The notes beneath the pieces were generated by a model, which did no database searches, had not been told where the DNA came from, and worked only from the letters and a program-made list of their open reading frames with translations. A program made the position numbers and the translations under genes. A DNA stretch of 64,000 nucleotides from a bacterium (GTDB lineage: Bacteria; Patescibacteriota; Patescibacteriia; UBA9934). Of this stretch, positions 47,789-57,923 are shown piece by piece. Position 1 is the first letter of the stretch. Every line of letters begins with the position of its first letter. The stretch covers positions 18,392-82,391 of the forward strand of contig JAQCKO010000002.1 of the NCBI GenBank assembly GCA_027592325.1. Reading direction: 5' to 3'.

Positions 47789-50700
47789 ATGTGGACATTC
47801 TTCCTCCGCAATCTAAAATTCACCTTTGTTTTGGTTGCTATTTTAGCAATCATGGGTGTTATTGCCATGCTTCGTATTCCAAAGGAATCGAATCCAGAAG
47901 TGGTTATTCCGTTTTTGGTGGTTACGACGCCATTTCCAGGGGCAAATGCGATTGATGTTGAAGAGCTTGTCACAAATCCGCTCGAAGATGCCCTTCTTGG
48001 TGTCGATAATGTGAAAGAAATCACGTCGACATCGGGAACAGGATTTTCGTCAATTGGGATTGAATTTGAAATCGGTACCGATATTGATGATGTACGTGTA
48101 GACGTTGAAGGAGCGCTTGATCGCGGCCGAGCAGAATTCCCATCAGATGCGGAAGATCCTGTGCTTTCTGAGGTGAGTTTTGATGACACACCGATTAAGG
48201 TATTTTCGCTTTCTGGGAATTATCCCGTAGAGCAGCTCACAATTTTTGCAAAAGATTTGAAAGATGCGCTAAGCCGAATTCAAGGTGTAACAGATATTGC
48301 AATTAGCGGAGGGCGTGAGCGTGAAATTCGTGTTCTTGTTGATCGTGCAAAGCTTGATAGTTTTGGCCTTTCGCTCACGCAGGTGACAAATGCGATAAGC
48401 CGCGCAAATGCAACAATTCCTGTCGGTAATATTCAATCAAATGATCAGCAATATAGCGTCCGATTTGATGGACAATTACAGTCTGTAGAAGAAATTGCAA
48501 AGACAGCAATCACTGCTGGATTAGGCTCGCCAATTCTTGTGTCAGATGTTGCAGAGGTTATTGATGGATACGAATCCGTTACCAGTATTTCACAATTTAC
48601 ATCAAATGCTGGAACAGCACCGGCGATCACGTTATCAGTATTTAAAAAAGGGGACGGAAACATTTTACGCATCGTTTCAGAAGTAGATGATGTGATTGCG
48701 TCAGCGAGCGGTACTGTATTGCCGAGCGATATTTCTGTTGAAGTCATTGACGATACCGCAGAATTTATTCGAGAAGATTTAACAAACCTTTCCGTGAGTG
48801 GATTACAAACAACACTCATTGTTATTCTGCTTATTTTGTTCATGCTCGGGCCCCGTGAATCGGTCCTTGCTGGAATTTCGATTCCGCTGACGTTCTTAAT
48901 TACCTTTATTTTCCTTGGGGCATTTGGATTTACCATCAATTTTCTTTCACTTTTCTCGCTCGTTCTTGCTCTTGGAATTCTTGTCGATGCCGCTATTGTG
49001 ATTACCGAAGGTATTTACGAGAATATACAAAAAGGACTTCCAGCATCGGAGGCATCTGCAGCTGCGATTAAAGAATTTCAATATCCACTTACCGCAGGAA
49101 CGCTTACAACGGTTTTTGCATTCCTTCCAATGCTTACAGTTTCAGGGATTATTGGAGAATTTATCAAGAGCATTCCTGTCACAATTAGCATTGTACTTTT
49201 TGCCTCACTATTTGTGGCGTTAGGGGTTATTCCTGCCTTTGCCGCAGCATTTTTTGCGGTGAAAGAAAATACAAATAAAACACCTGGATTGTTCGCACGA
49301 ATGTTGCGTCCAGTCACGCAGCGTGTCGCAAATGTATATGATCGGCTGACAAGGGCGCGAGATCGTTTTGTTACCCGAGTGCAGGAGTCATACAGAGAAC
49401 GCCTTGTAAATCATCTTGTATCGAAAGGAAAAAAACGCGCCTTGATAGGTGGACTTGTTATCGCACTGATATTTAGCCTTTTTTTGCCGATTGGCGGCAT
49501 GCTTAAGGTGGACATGTTCCCAGCGACTGATATGGAACGTATTTACGTCGATATTTCGTATCCAATAGGGACGCCGATTGAAGTAACGGCTGAGCGACTT
49601 CCACTACTCGAAGCATATTTTTCAGAACGTAGTGAGATTGCTTCTTTTGCAACAACGGCAGGCGGTGGTTCATCGTTAACCGGAGGGACAGGTTCTCATA
49701 TTGTCTCAGCGACCATTAATTTACGTGAGGAGAAACGCCCTGATAGTCGTGATTTGATTGAAATCTATGATCGCGATTTGACTCCACTTGCCTCTCCAGG
49801 ATCGCTGACCGTTCAGCAACTAGGATCTGGTCCTGATGCCATGGCACCTGTAGCTATTAATATTGTTGGTGACGATCTTGTTACGCTTGAAGCGATTGCG
49901 TCACAATTTGAACGCCTTCTTACATCGATTCCAGGAACACGTATCGTCTCTTCGAGCGTTGAGGAAACAGCGGGAGAATTTGTTGTGCGCGCAAATCGAT
50001 CGGTCCTTGGAAATTATGGTATTACGGCGAGCGATATTGCGTTCGAACTTCGGTCAAGCGTTTATGGCGTGACAGCGATGACGCTTCGTGAAGATGGGGA
50101 AGATATTGATGTAAATGTAAAATATCAACTTTCTGATTCAGAAGACGCAGATCTTCGAAATGAAACAACGGCAAATCAACTCATGAATCTGACGATGGTT
50201 ACGCCGAAGGGAGATGTCCCGCTTAGTACATTTGCGACGATTGATCTTGAAGCTTCGCGAAATACCATTCGTCATACGGACGGAGATCGTATTGTAACGG
50301 TTTCAAGTGGTCTTCAGAAAGGGTTTGTGGTAAGTGACATTCTCGATGTTGTAACGGAAGAAATGGCCGACATGCAAATTCCGGATGGGTACAATGTGAG
50401 TTTCGGAGGTCAAAGCGAAGACATGCAATCGTTTATCGATCTTCTGATTGCAATGGTCTTCGGCATGGTGCTTATTATGATTCTTCTTGTGCTGCAATTT
50501 AGCTCATATCGCCAACCGCTGATCGTGGTTTCATCCGTGCCACTCGCGCTTATTGGTGTATTTCCTGGACTTGCATTGATTGGGCAACCGCTCAGTTTCC
50601 CTGGAATGATTGGAGTTGTGGCGCTTTCAGGAATTGTGGTGAATAATGGAATCATTTTGATTGACCGTTTTAATCAGCTACGGAAAGAAGGCATAGAGAC

Positions 50701-50914
50701 ACAGCCAGCGGTCATTGATGCAGCCGTCTCACGCCTTCGGCCAATTCTCCTTACCACGATCACAACGGTGGCAGGATTGCTTCCTTTGGTTATTTCTCAG
50801 CCATCATGGGCACCGCTTGGCTTTGCTATTATCTTCGGCCTATTGTTCTCGACCATCTTGACACTCTTTGTCGTGCCGATACTGTCTGATCGATACGCGG
50901 AGCCGCTTACATAA
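47789..50914 (+). CDS. RND efflux permease (AcrB/AcrD/AcrF family)
   Basis: PKESNPEV, FPGANAIDVEELVT, LGILVDAAIV, GIVVNNGIILID, RLRPILLTTITT. Confidence 0.95.
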   Translation: MWTFFLRNLKFTFVLVAILAIMGVIAMLRIPKESNPEVVIPFLVVTTPFPGANAIDVEELVTNPLEDALLGVDNVKEITSTSGTGFSSIGIEFEIGTDIDDVRVDVEGALDRGRAEFPSDAEDPVLSEVSFDDTPIKVFSLSGNYPVEQLTIFAKDLKDALSRIQGVTDIAISGGREREIRVLVDRAKLDSFGLSLTQVTNAISRANATIPVGNIQSNDQQYSVRFDGQLQSVEEIAKTAITAGLGSPILVSDVAEVIDGYESVTSISQFTSNAGTAPAITLSVFKKGDGNILRIVSEVDDVIASASGTVLPSDISVEVIDDTAEFIREDLTNLSVSGLQTTLIVILLILFMLGPRESVLAGISIPLTFLITFIFLGAFGFTINFLSLFSLVLALGILVDAAIVITEGIYENIQKGLPASEASAAAIKEFQYPLTAGTLTTVFAFLPMLTVSGIIGEFIKSIPVTISIVLFASLFVALGVIPAFAAAFFAVKENTNKTPGLFARMLRPVTQRVANVYDRLTRARDRFVTRVQESYRERLVNHLVSKGKKRALIGGLVIALIFSLFLPIGGMLKVDMFPATDMERIYVDISYPIGTPIEVTAERLPLLEAYFSERSEIASFATTAGGGSSLTGGTGSHIVSATINLREEKRPDSRDLIEIYDRDLTPLASPGSLTVQQLGSGPDAMAPVAINIVGDDLVTLEAIASQFERLLTSIPGTRIVSSSVEETAGEFVVRANRSVLGNYGITASDIAFELRSSVYGVTAMTLREDGEDIDVNVKYQLSDSEDADLRNETTANQLMNLTMVTPKGDVPLSTFATIDLEASRNTIRHTDGDRIVTVSSGLQKGFVVSDILDVVTEEMADMQIPDGYNVSFGGQSEDMQSFIDLLIAMVFGMVLIMILLVLQFSSYRQPLIVVSSVPLALIGVFPGLALIGQPLSFPGMIGVVALSGIVVNNGIILIDRFNQLRKEGIETQPAVIDAAVSRLRPILLTTITTVAGLLPLVISQPSWAPLGFAIIFGLLFSTILTLFVVPILSDRYAEPLT

Positions 50915-50987
50915 TGTTTGTCGATCGTTCGAATTTGTAGACTCAAATTCTGGATTCCACGTGAGATTGGTATAATGCACAAAAAGT

Positions 50988-51449
50988 ATGAATCAAGCAC
51001 AAAAAGGGTTTACGTTGATTGAAATTTTGTTGGCCGTTTCTGCCATTGCAATCTTGGCAGGAATTATTATTCTTGCCTTAAATCCCCCAGTGCAGCTAGG
51101 AGAAACACGTAATGCGCAGCGATCATCTGATATAAACATCATAATGAATGCGGCGTATCAATACGCCCGTGACAACAATGGAACGTTGCCAGCATCTATT
51201 CCGGAAGATTCTGATTGTGCAGGAACGGCAATAAATGAAATTTGTACAACCGGTGCAGCATCATGCACGGGCCTTGTTGATCTTTCCGTTCTTACCTTGA
51301 ACGAAACATATCTTGTTTCTTTGCCACTTGACCCTCAAGGATCAGGGGCAAATACTGCAGGATATCACATCGCGAAAAGCTCAAATGGACGTTTGACCGT
51401 TTGTGCACCAGATGCTGAACGGAGCGCAACCATTTCTGCAACTCGCTAG
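50988..51449 (+). CDS. Type IV pilin-like protein
   Basis: KGFTLIEILLAVSAIAILAGI prepilin motif, RNAQRSSDI, LPLDP, Cys residues. Confidence 0.92.
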   Translation: MNQAQKGFTLIEILLAVSAIAILAGIIILALNPPVQLGETRNAQRSSDINIIMNAAYQYARDNNGTLPASIPEDSDCAGTAINEICTTGAASCTGLVDLSVLTLNETYLVSLPLDPQGSGANTAGYHIAKSSNGRLTVCAPDAERSATISATR

Positions 51450-51604
51450 TATCTAGGCAAAATTGGGGCACTGTGCCTCTTTTTTGTTTGACGCTAGCGA
51501 AGAAGTATGTGTAAGCTTTATGCACAGGCCTATTCGGCCTTTTTGCAGGAAATGCTACTATTTTCGGCAGGAAACGCTTCCTTTTATTCTTAAATCGAAA
51601 TGAT

Positions 51605-51889
51605 ATGGAAAAGCGACTAACAAAATCACAGCTCATGTCTAAGCTCTCTGAGACTTGGGGCGTGTCAAAGAAAGAAGGTTCTGACATGTACGATGCCCTT
51701 GTCGAAATGCTCTACGCAGAAATTCGCCGTTCTGGTGAAGTAATGCTTCCAGGACTTGGTAAATTTGCGAAGAAGCATCGAGCGGCTCGTATGGGTCGTA
51801 ACCCAGCAACTGGTGCATCGATTCAGATTCCTGCAAAGACGGTCATGAAATTCACCGTCAACAAGGCAGCTAAGGACGCACTTCTATAG
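51605..51889 (+). CDS. hup: HU family DNA-binding protein
   Basis: LTKSQL, LPGLGKF, RAARMGRNPATGASIQIPAK. Confidence 0.93.
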   Translation: MEKRLTKSQLMSKLSETWGVSKKEGSDMYDALVEMLYAEIRRSGEVMLPGLGKFAKKHRAARMGRNPATGASIQIPAKTVMKFTVNKAAKDALL

Positions 51890-51901
51890 GAGTAGCGAGT
51901 A

Positions 51902-51934
51902 ATAAAGCAGTTACCTAAGGGTAGCTGCTTTTAT
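51902..51934 (+). terminator. Terminator after HU
   Basis: AAAGCAGTTACC-TAAG-GGTAGCTGCTTT. Confidence 0.8.
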
Positions 51935-51984
51935 TATAGGTGTATACGCGAAATAGTATGAGTCATGCTACAATTCTCTCAACT

Positions 51985-53586
51985 ATGCGCTTTTTATCGT
52001 TTGCCATAATAGGTATTCTACTTTTGCCACATTGGGCATTTGCCCGTACGTCAGATGATCCTGATCAAGAATTTCTTTGGCATCTTGAGCAAATTAACGC
52101 CCCAGATGCATGGGATGTATCGACAGGTTCTTCTGATGTTATCGTCGCTGTGATTGATGCTGGGGTTGATCACAATCATGAAGATTTATCGGATAATTTT
52201 TGGGTAAATGAAGGAGAGATTGCTGGGAATGGGATAGATGACGAAGGAAATGGATATATTGATGACACCTATGGTTGGGATTTTGTTCATGAAGACAATA
52301 CACCTATCCCTGTTACAGGATCTGGTTCTGATTTTCCATCGATTACGCATGGAACCATTATTGCAGGTTTGATTGGGGCAGTTGGAGATAATCAGCAGGG
52401 AATCGTTGGGGTTAATTGGGATGTTCAAATTATGGTGTTGCGAGCGCTCAACCACGTGGGGATTGGTGATAGCCGTGATGTCGCGAGGGCTATTGAATAT
52501 GCCGCTCAGAATGATGCAGATATTATTAATCTCTCCCTTGCCGGTGATGCAAATGATCCAGCGCTTCGAGACGCTATACAAGAAGCCTACAATGCGGGCA
52601 TTACAGTGATAGTTGCAGTGGGAAATGAAGATCGTGATACAGATCGGTTTCCTTCGTATCCATCGTGTTTTGAAGGAGATGACGGAGAAGATATTGTGAT
52701 TGGTGTTGCATCTTCTGATTTGTGGGATGACAAATCTGATTTTTCGAATTATGGAGAAGATTGTGTCGATATTTCTGCTCCGGGGGAACGTATTTATTCC
52801 ACACAGTATGATAATGCGTCAAAAGGGTTTACCGATGCCTACGGTGGTTTTTGGGGCGGAACATCATTTGCAGCGCCGGTGGTATCAGGTGCGGCAGCAC
52901 TCCTACTTTCGGCTTATCCGGACCTCGACCCAGATGATGTGCGCATTATTCTTCAACTATCGGCCGATCCGCTAGATGCGTCGTCCGAGTACGACGGTAA
53001 GCTCGGAACAGGGCGACTAAATCTTGCTGCAGCGCTCGAACTTGCAGCGAGTTTTTCCGAAGTTGCAGGAGATGCACCAGAACCTGATCCGGAAGAAGAT
53101 GCCGCACCAGGCGAATCGAATATTCCAGGGGTAGTTGTTGGAGATTTTATAAAAGCTCCATCGTTCTCGACCGTGTATTTGGTCGATTCTGAAACAACTC
53201 GCCGGCCGTTTATGAATGACATCGCCTATTTTACGCATGCCGATTCATTTGATGAAATTGTCATGGTAGAAGATGATCAGCTACGATTGCTTGATCTTCG
53301 CGGGCTTGTTGTGACAAAAGAAGACGTTGTGCTTGTAAAAATACAAAGTGATCCTCGGACCTATAAGGTGGAGAAAAATTTAGGGAGTAAGTATGAACCC
53401 ATATTGCGTGAAATTGAAACCGAAGAAATTGCCATCAGTATGTACGGATCACGATGGGCGGATTACATTGTGGATGTGGAGCCAACCTTTTTTACCAAAT
53501 ACGATACAGGCGCTCCGATTGATGAAGTCGTAGCCGTTGATGTATCGAAATTAAAAACACGCGAAGAAATCGCCGCAAGTTCATAA
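51985..53586 (+). CDS. Secreted S8 subtilisin-like serine protease with C-terminal surface module
   Basis: VAVIDAGVD (Asp), HGTIIAG (His), GTSFAAPVVSG (Ser); signal peptide; C-terminal GDFIK...STVY module. Confidence 0.93.
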   Translation: MRFLSFAIIGILLLPHWAFARTSDDPDQEFLWHLEQINAPDAWDVSTGSSDVIVAVIDAGVDHNHEDLSDNFWVNEGEIAGNGIDDEGNGYIDDTYGWDFVHEDNTPIPVTGSGSDFPSITHGTIIAGLIGAVGDNQQGIVGVNWDVQIMVLRALNHVGIGDSRDVARAIEYAAQNDADIINLSLAGDANDPALRDAIQEAYNAGITVIVAVGNEDRDTDRFPSYPSCFEGDDGEDIVIGVASSDLWDDKSDFSNYGEDCVDISAPGERIYSTQYDNASKGFTDAYGGFWGGTSFAAPVVSGAAALLLSAYPDLDPDDVRIILQLSADPLDASSEYDGKLGTGRLNLAAALELAASFSEVAGDAPEPDPEEDAAPGESNIPGVVVGDFIKAPSFSTVYLVDSETTRRPFMNDIAYFTHADSFDEIVMVEDDQLRLLDLRGLVVTKEDVVLVKIQSDPRTYKVEKNLGSKYEPILREIETEEIAISMYGSRWADYIVDVEPTFFTKYDTGAPIDEVVAVDVSKLKTREEIAASS

Positions 53587-53587
53587 T

Positions 53588-54589
53588 ATGACAGATCAAC
53601 ATGTTGCCATTGTTACTGGTGGAGCCGGATTTATTGGCTCGCACTTATGCGAAGCGCTGCTAAAAGCAGGAAAACGTGTCGTCTGTATTGATAATTTCAG
53701 TACAGGTAATGTGCGTAATATTGAAGCACTGGTAAGAAATCCAAATTTTCAATTTTTACGCCTCGATATTACAAATGATTTTGATCTCGAAAACATTCCT
53801 GAACTAAACTCATTTAAGATTCCATTTACGGGTGTGCAAGAAATTTACCATCTTGCCGTTCCGACCTCGATTAAATCGTTTGAGAAACATCGTATTGCAA
53901 CGTTGCGCACAAGTACGCTTGGAACAGCAAATTTGCTCGCGTGTGCAGCGAAGTATAACGCACGCTTTTTATATGCATCAAGCTCAGTCGTCTATGGGCC
54001 TCGGAGAGATGATAGGCCTAATTTCAATGAGGCTGACTATGGAGTGCTTGATCACTTACAGTCACGAGCGATTTACGATGAAGGGAAGCGCTATGGTGAG
54101 ACGATGGTGCGTACCTATGCCGAAGTGAAACAACTACCTGTACGTATTGCGCGTATTTTTCGTACCTATGGGCCGCGTATGCCGCTTTTTGACGGACATC
54201 AGGTTCCTGATTTCATTTTGCAGGCACTTGAGGGAGAAGATGTTGTCGTGAATGGCGGCGCAGATTTTACAACCTCTCTTGTTTATGTAAGTGATATTTG
54301 TGATGGATTGTTGAAGCTGATGGCAAGCGACATAGACATGCCGGTCAATTTAGGGAGCGATATCAATGTTCCACTCATGGACGTTGCGAAAACAATCGTC
54401 GAAATGGTCGGATCGAACTCAAACATTCTAGAAGGGGAGCGCATGCCATTTTTGAGTGAGCTTGGCATTCCCGATATTCAAAAGGCGAAGTCTGAACTTG
54501 ACTGGTTGCCGCTCACTACGCTCGAGAATGGGCTGAAGCGGACCATCGAATATATCCGCGCGAATAAAATATTGCTTGCGGGGGATTAG
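53588..54589 (+). CDS. NAD-dependent sugar epimerase/dehydratase, UDP-glucuronate decarboxylase-like
   Basis: VTGGAGFIGSHLC, YDEGKR (YxxxK), RIFRTYGPRM. Confidence 0.88.
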   Translation: MTDQHVAIVTGGAGFIGSHLCEALLKAGKRVVCIDNFSTGNVRNIEALVRNPNFQFLRLDITNDFDLENIPELNSFKIPFTGVQEIYHLAVPTSIKSFEKHRIATLRTSTLGTANLLACAAKYNARFLYASSSVVYGPRRDDRPNFNEADYGVLDHLQSRAIYDEGKRYGETMVRTYAEVKQLPVRIARIFRTYGPRMPLFDGHQVPDFILQALEGEDVVVNGGADFTTSLVYVSDICDGLLKLMASDIDMPVNLGSDINVPLMDVAKTIVEMVGSNSNILEGERMPFLSELGIPDIQKAKSELDWLPLTTLENGLKRTIEYIRANKILLAGD

Positions 54590-54697
54590 GGCAGAGGAAT
54601 CAGGTTTCAGCTTGTAGGTGTAAGGTTGGAGGTGTTGAATCAGCGTTAACGTCCTGCGCTATTCCCTAAACCTACACCCATATGCTAACCTGCGATT

Positions 54698-55372
54698 ATG
54701 AAAATCGTTGCCGTTATTCCAGCTTTTAATGAGGAAAAGCGCCTGGGGGCAGCTCTGTTAAGTGCGAGTCCACATGTCGATGAAATTGTCGTCGTTGATG
54801 ATTGCTCACAAGATAAAACAGGCTGTGTGGCACGGCATTTTGGGGCACATGTGCTTACGCATCTTGTAAACCGGGGGCAAGGCGCAGCTTTGCAAACAGG
54901 GATGGATTACGCACAGCAGAAACTGAAGGCAGATATTGTTGTCCACTTTGACGCTGACGGTCAAATGCGGGGCGATGAAATTCCGGGTATGGTTGACCCA
55001 ATTCAAAAAGGGGAGGCTGACGTTGTTCTTGGGTCACGGTATTTAGGTGTAGCGGAGTCAATGCCGCTTTTTCGTAAAATTTTTATGCGCGTCGCAACAT
55101 TGTTTACGCGTATTGTAAGCGGCGTTTCGGTAACCGATACACATAATGGCTTTCGCGCGCTTTCTGCTTTTGCAATTGAGCGTATTGAGTTTTCTCTCGA
55201 TCGCATGGCGCATGCTTCAGAAATCTATGAACTAATTTCTGCACATGATCTTACATATGTTGAGCGACCAGTGACAATTCGTTACACGGACGAAACGCTC
55301 GAGAAAGGCCAGTCCTTGACGGGCGCTTTCTCGATTGTAAAAGATCTTATAAGACATACATTCTTTGGTTGA
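54698..55372 (+). CDS. Glycosyltransferase family 2, polyprenol-phosphate sugar synthase-like
   Basis: IPAFNEE, VVDDCSQD, NRGQGAALQTG, FDADGQ, LGSRY, TDTHNGFRA. Confidence 0.92.
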   Translation: MKIVAVIPAFNEEKRLGAALLSASPHVDEIVVVDDCSQDKTGCVARHFGAHVLTHLVNRGQGAALQTGMDYAQQKLKADIVVHFDADGQMRGDEIPGMVDPIQKGEADVVLGSRYLGVAESMPLFRKIFMRVATLFTRIVSGVSVTDTHNGFRALSAFAIERIEFSLDRMAHASEIYELISAHDLTYVERPVTIRYTDETLEKGQSLTGAFSIVKDLIRHTFFG

Positions 55373-55373
55373 T

Positions 55374-55745
55374 ATGCAATTCTCCTATTTACTAATGCTC
55401 TTTGCCATGTTCGCCATTTTCAAAACATGGAAATCATTTTCTAAAAAACGTACATCGATTACTTGGACAAGTCTTTGGACGCTTCTTTGGATGGGACTTA
55501 TTCTGGTTTCTTTGCAGCCAAGAATTGCTGATCGTATTGCGCGCATGCTTGGCGTTGAAAAAGGGGCTGATTTAATCGCGTATGCGTCAATAGCTGTATT
55601 GGTTTACGCTGTCTATCGATTATTTGTTCGTACTGAGCAACACCGGAATGAAGTCACTAAGCTTACCAGGGAGCTCGCGATTGCACGTGCGAGTGAGCCA
55701 ATGCAGAAGAATAGTTGTTGCAAAAAAAACATATGCCAAAAGTAG
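55374..55745 (+). CDS. DUF2304 small membrane protein
   Basis: W...W, IARMLGVEKGADL, VTKLTRELAI; directly follows the GT2 gene. Confidence 0.85.
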   Translation: MQFSYLLMLFAMFAIFKTWKSFSKKRTSITWTSLWTLLWMGLILVSLQPRIADRIARMLGVEKGADLIAYASIAVLVYAVYRLFVRTEQHRNEVTKLTRELAIARASEPMQKNSCCKKNICQK

Positions 55746-56806
55746 CTATTATTTATCTTGCGTACAAAACGGAAGAGTACATTCGTGCTGTTGCGGATAG
55801 CATTGCGAAGTCAACGTACCCAAAGGAAAATCTGCATTGGTTTATTATTATCAATGATTCACCAGATACTGTAAAGCAAATCGTTGAAGATGAAATTCTG
55901 CCGCGTGAAGGAAAAGATCTTCCAAAAATTACTGTCATAGATGATGGCGTAAACCGCGGTTTTGCTGGTGGAAACAATCATGGCATGCAGTGGGCGATTG
56001 ATCACGGGTACGAGTATGTTTTGCTTTGGAATGGGGATTTATTAACCGCGCCAGATACCACGAGAATACTCGTAGAAACTCTCGAGGAAGATGAACTTAT
56101 TGGCAGTGCTCAGCCCCTTATCATGTATTGGCATGAGCGCGAGCGGGTGAATGTGAGCGGCGGGGTTTTTCACTTGGTCGGGTATGGATACGCGCGTGAC
56201 AATCGTAAATTGCTAAGCGAAATTGAGGTTCCTGATGGAGAAGAAATCGCCTATGCATCTGGTGCGATTGTGCTTTATCGGGTCGATGCGCTGCGCAAAG
56301 TCGGGCTACTTGAACATGGGTTTTTCATGTATCACGAAGATTTGGAACTTGGGCTTCGGCTTCGACTTGCCGGGTATCATAATGTTGTGCGTACAGAAAC
56401 GCACGCATTTCATGACTATAATTTCAGCCGAAATCCAAAAAAATTCGCTTGGATTGAACTCAATCGGTACATTGTGTTGTTCTCGCTGTATCGTCTACCG
56501 ACGCTTCTCTTGCTTCTGCCAGCAATGATCGGAGTGGAACTTGCAACATGGCCGTTATCAATGATGGGCGGATGGTTTGGCGCGAAACTGCATGTGCTTG
56601 GTGAGATGTTGAAACCAAAAAATTGGGCGCTGACGTGGCGCATGCGAAAACGTGCGAGGAAATTACGCGTGATTCGTGATCGTGAAATGCTTGAGTATGT
56701 TTCAGGCTCGATTGCGGATCAAGAAGTTCTGAACCCAATTGTGCGCGTTGCGAATATTGGACTTGAGATGTATCTTTCTGCACTGAAATTTATTGTCCGC
56801 TGGTAG
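55733..56806 (+). CDS. Glycosyltransferase family 2 (rhamnosyltransferase-like)
   Basis: NRGFAGGNNHG, LLWNGD, ASGA, FFMYHEDLELGLR. Confidence 0.9.
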   Translation: MPKVAIIYLAYKTEEYIRAVADSIAKSTYPKENLHWFIIINDSPDTVKQIVEDEILPREGKDLPKITVIDDGVNRGFAGGNNHGMQWAIDHGYEYVLLWNGDLLTAPDTTRILVETLEEDELIGSAQPLIMYWHERERVNVSGGVFHLVGYGYARDNRKLLSEIEVPDGEEIAYASGAIVLYRVDALRKVGLLEHGFFMYHEDLELGLRLRLAGYHNVVRTETHAFHDYNFSRNPKKFAWIELNRYIVLFSLYRLPTLLLLLPAMIGVELATWPLSMMGGWFGAKLHVLGEMLKPKNWALTWRMRKRARKLRVIRDREMLEYVSGSIADQEVLNPIVRVANIGLEMYLSALKFIVRW

Positions 56807-56807
56807 T

Positions 56808-57920
56808 ATGCGAATTGTGCACATTGCTCCTGCGTATCCACCGTATGGAGGCATGGGAACCTCAGCGAAGCAGATGGCGGATGCAACGCGTGATCTTGGG
56901 CATGAAGTATTGCTGTACACTCCACGCTACAAGAAGAATCAAAGCGATTGTCAGCAAGATATATTTTTGCGGCCACTCTTTTCAGTCGGATTCGCGTCTT
57001 TTTTGCCACAGCTCCTTTGGAAGCTACGCAAGTTTGACATTTTGCATTTGCACTATCCAATTTATGGCTCTGATGTTTTCGTCTGGATGGCGTCGCTTAT
57101 TTGGCACAAGCCTCTTGTATTGAGTTATCATATGAAGACGGTTGGTGGCGGAATGAAAGGGATGCTGTTCACTCTCCATCGGGTATTGTTGGAGCCATTG
57201 TTGTTACGCCGCGCAGCATCTCTTTTGGTTAGTTCAAGCGACTATGCAACATCTATTGGACTGTCGAACAATCGACTTGTTGATGTTCCATTTTGGATTG
57301 ATGTTGCGAGTCGTCATGTCCGTACATCAAAAGAGGAATTACGATCAACCTATAAACTCAAGAATCGACCAACGATTCTTTTTGTTGGCGGGCTCGATGA
57401 TGCGCATTATTTCAAAGGAGTTGATGTGCTTTTGCGCGCAATGGCAATCGTTCGGGATTCGGTTGATGCGCAGCTTGTCTTAGTAGGGGAAGGAAACCGG
57501 CGGCCTATATTTGAGAAGCAAGCACAGGAACTCGGGGTAGACGATTTCGTGCGTTTTATGGGCCGAGTGCCTGACAAGGAGCTGAAAGAATTGTACGCAG
57601 CAGCTGATGTGCATGTTCTTCCGTCTATTGATGGTTCTGAATCCTTTGGACTTGTCACACTTGAAGCAATGGCTGCAGGGATTCCATCTGTTGTAAGTGA
57701 TTTACCTGGTATTCGTACACTTGTTGAAAACGGAAAAACCGGCGCCATTGTAAAAGCAGGAGATGTAGAAGATTTGGCGAAGAAATTACGAGTCTATGTA
57801 GCCGACCTCCCGCAAGCAAATGCACACGGTGTAGCAGCAAAGGCGCGTGCACGTAAGTTGTACTCTCCAAAAAAAGCGAGAGGCCGGTTGCAAGCAATCT
57901 ATAAAGCCGTTAAGATCTAG
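56808..57920 (+). CDS. Glycosyltransferase family 4
   Basis: YPPYGGMG, HYFKGVDVL, ESFGLVTLEAMAAG. Confidence 0.93.
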   Translation: MRIVHIAPAYPPYGGMGTSAKQMADATRDLGHEVLLYTPRYKKNQSDCQQDIFLRPLFSVGFASFLPQLLWKLRKFDILHLHYPIYGSDVFVWMASLIWHKPLVLSYHMKTVGGGMKGMLFTLHRVLLEPLLLRRAASLLVSSSDYATSIGLSNNRLVDVPFWIDVASRHVRTSKEELRSTYKLKNRPTILFVGGLDDAHYFKGVDVLLRAMAIVRDSVDAQLVLVGEGNRRPIFEKQAQELGVDDFVRFMGRVPDKELKELYAAADVHVLPSIDGSESFGLVTLEAMAAGIPSVVSDLPGIRTLVENGKTGAIVKAGDVEDLAKKLRVYVADLPQANAHGVAAKARARKLYSPKKARGRLQAIYKAVKI

Positions 57921-57923
57921 CTG

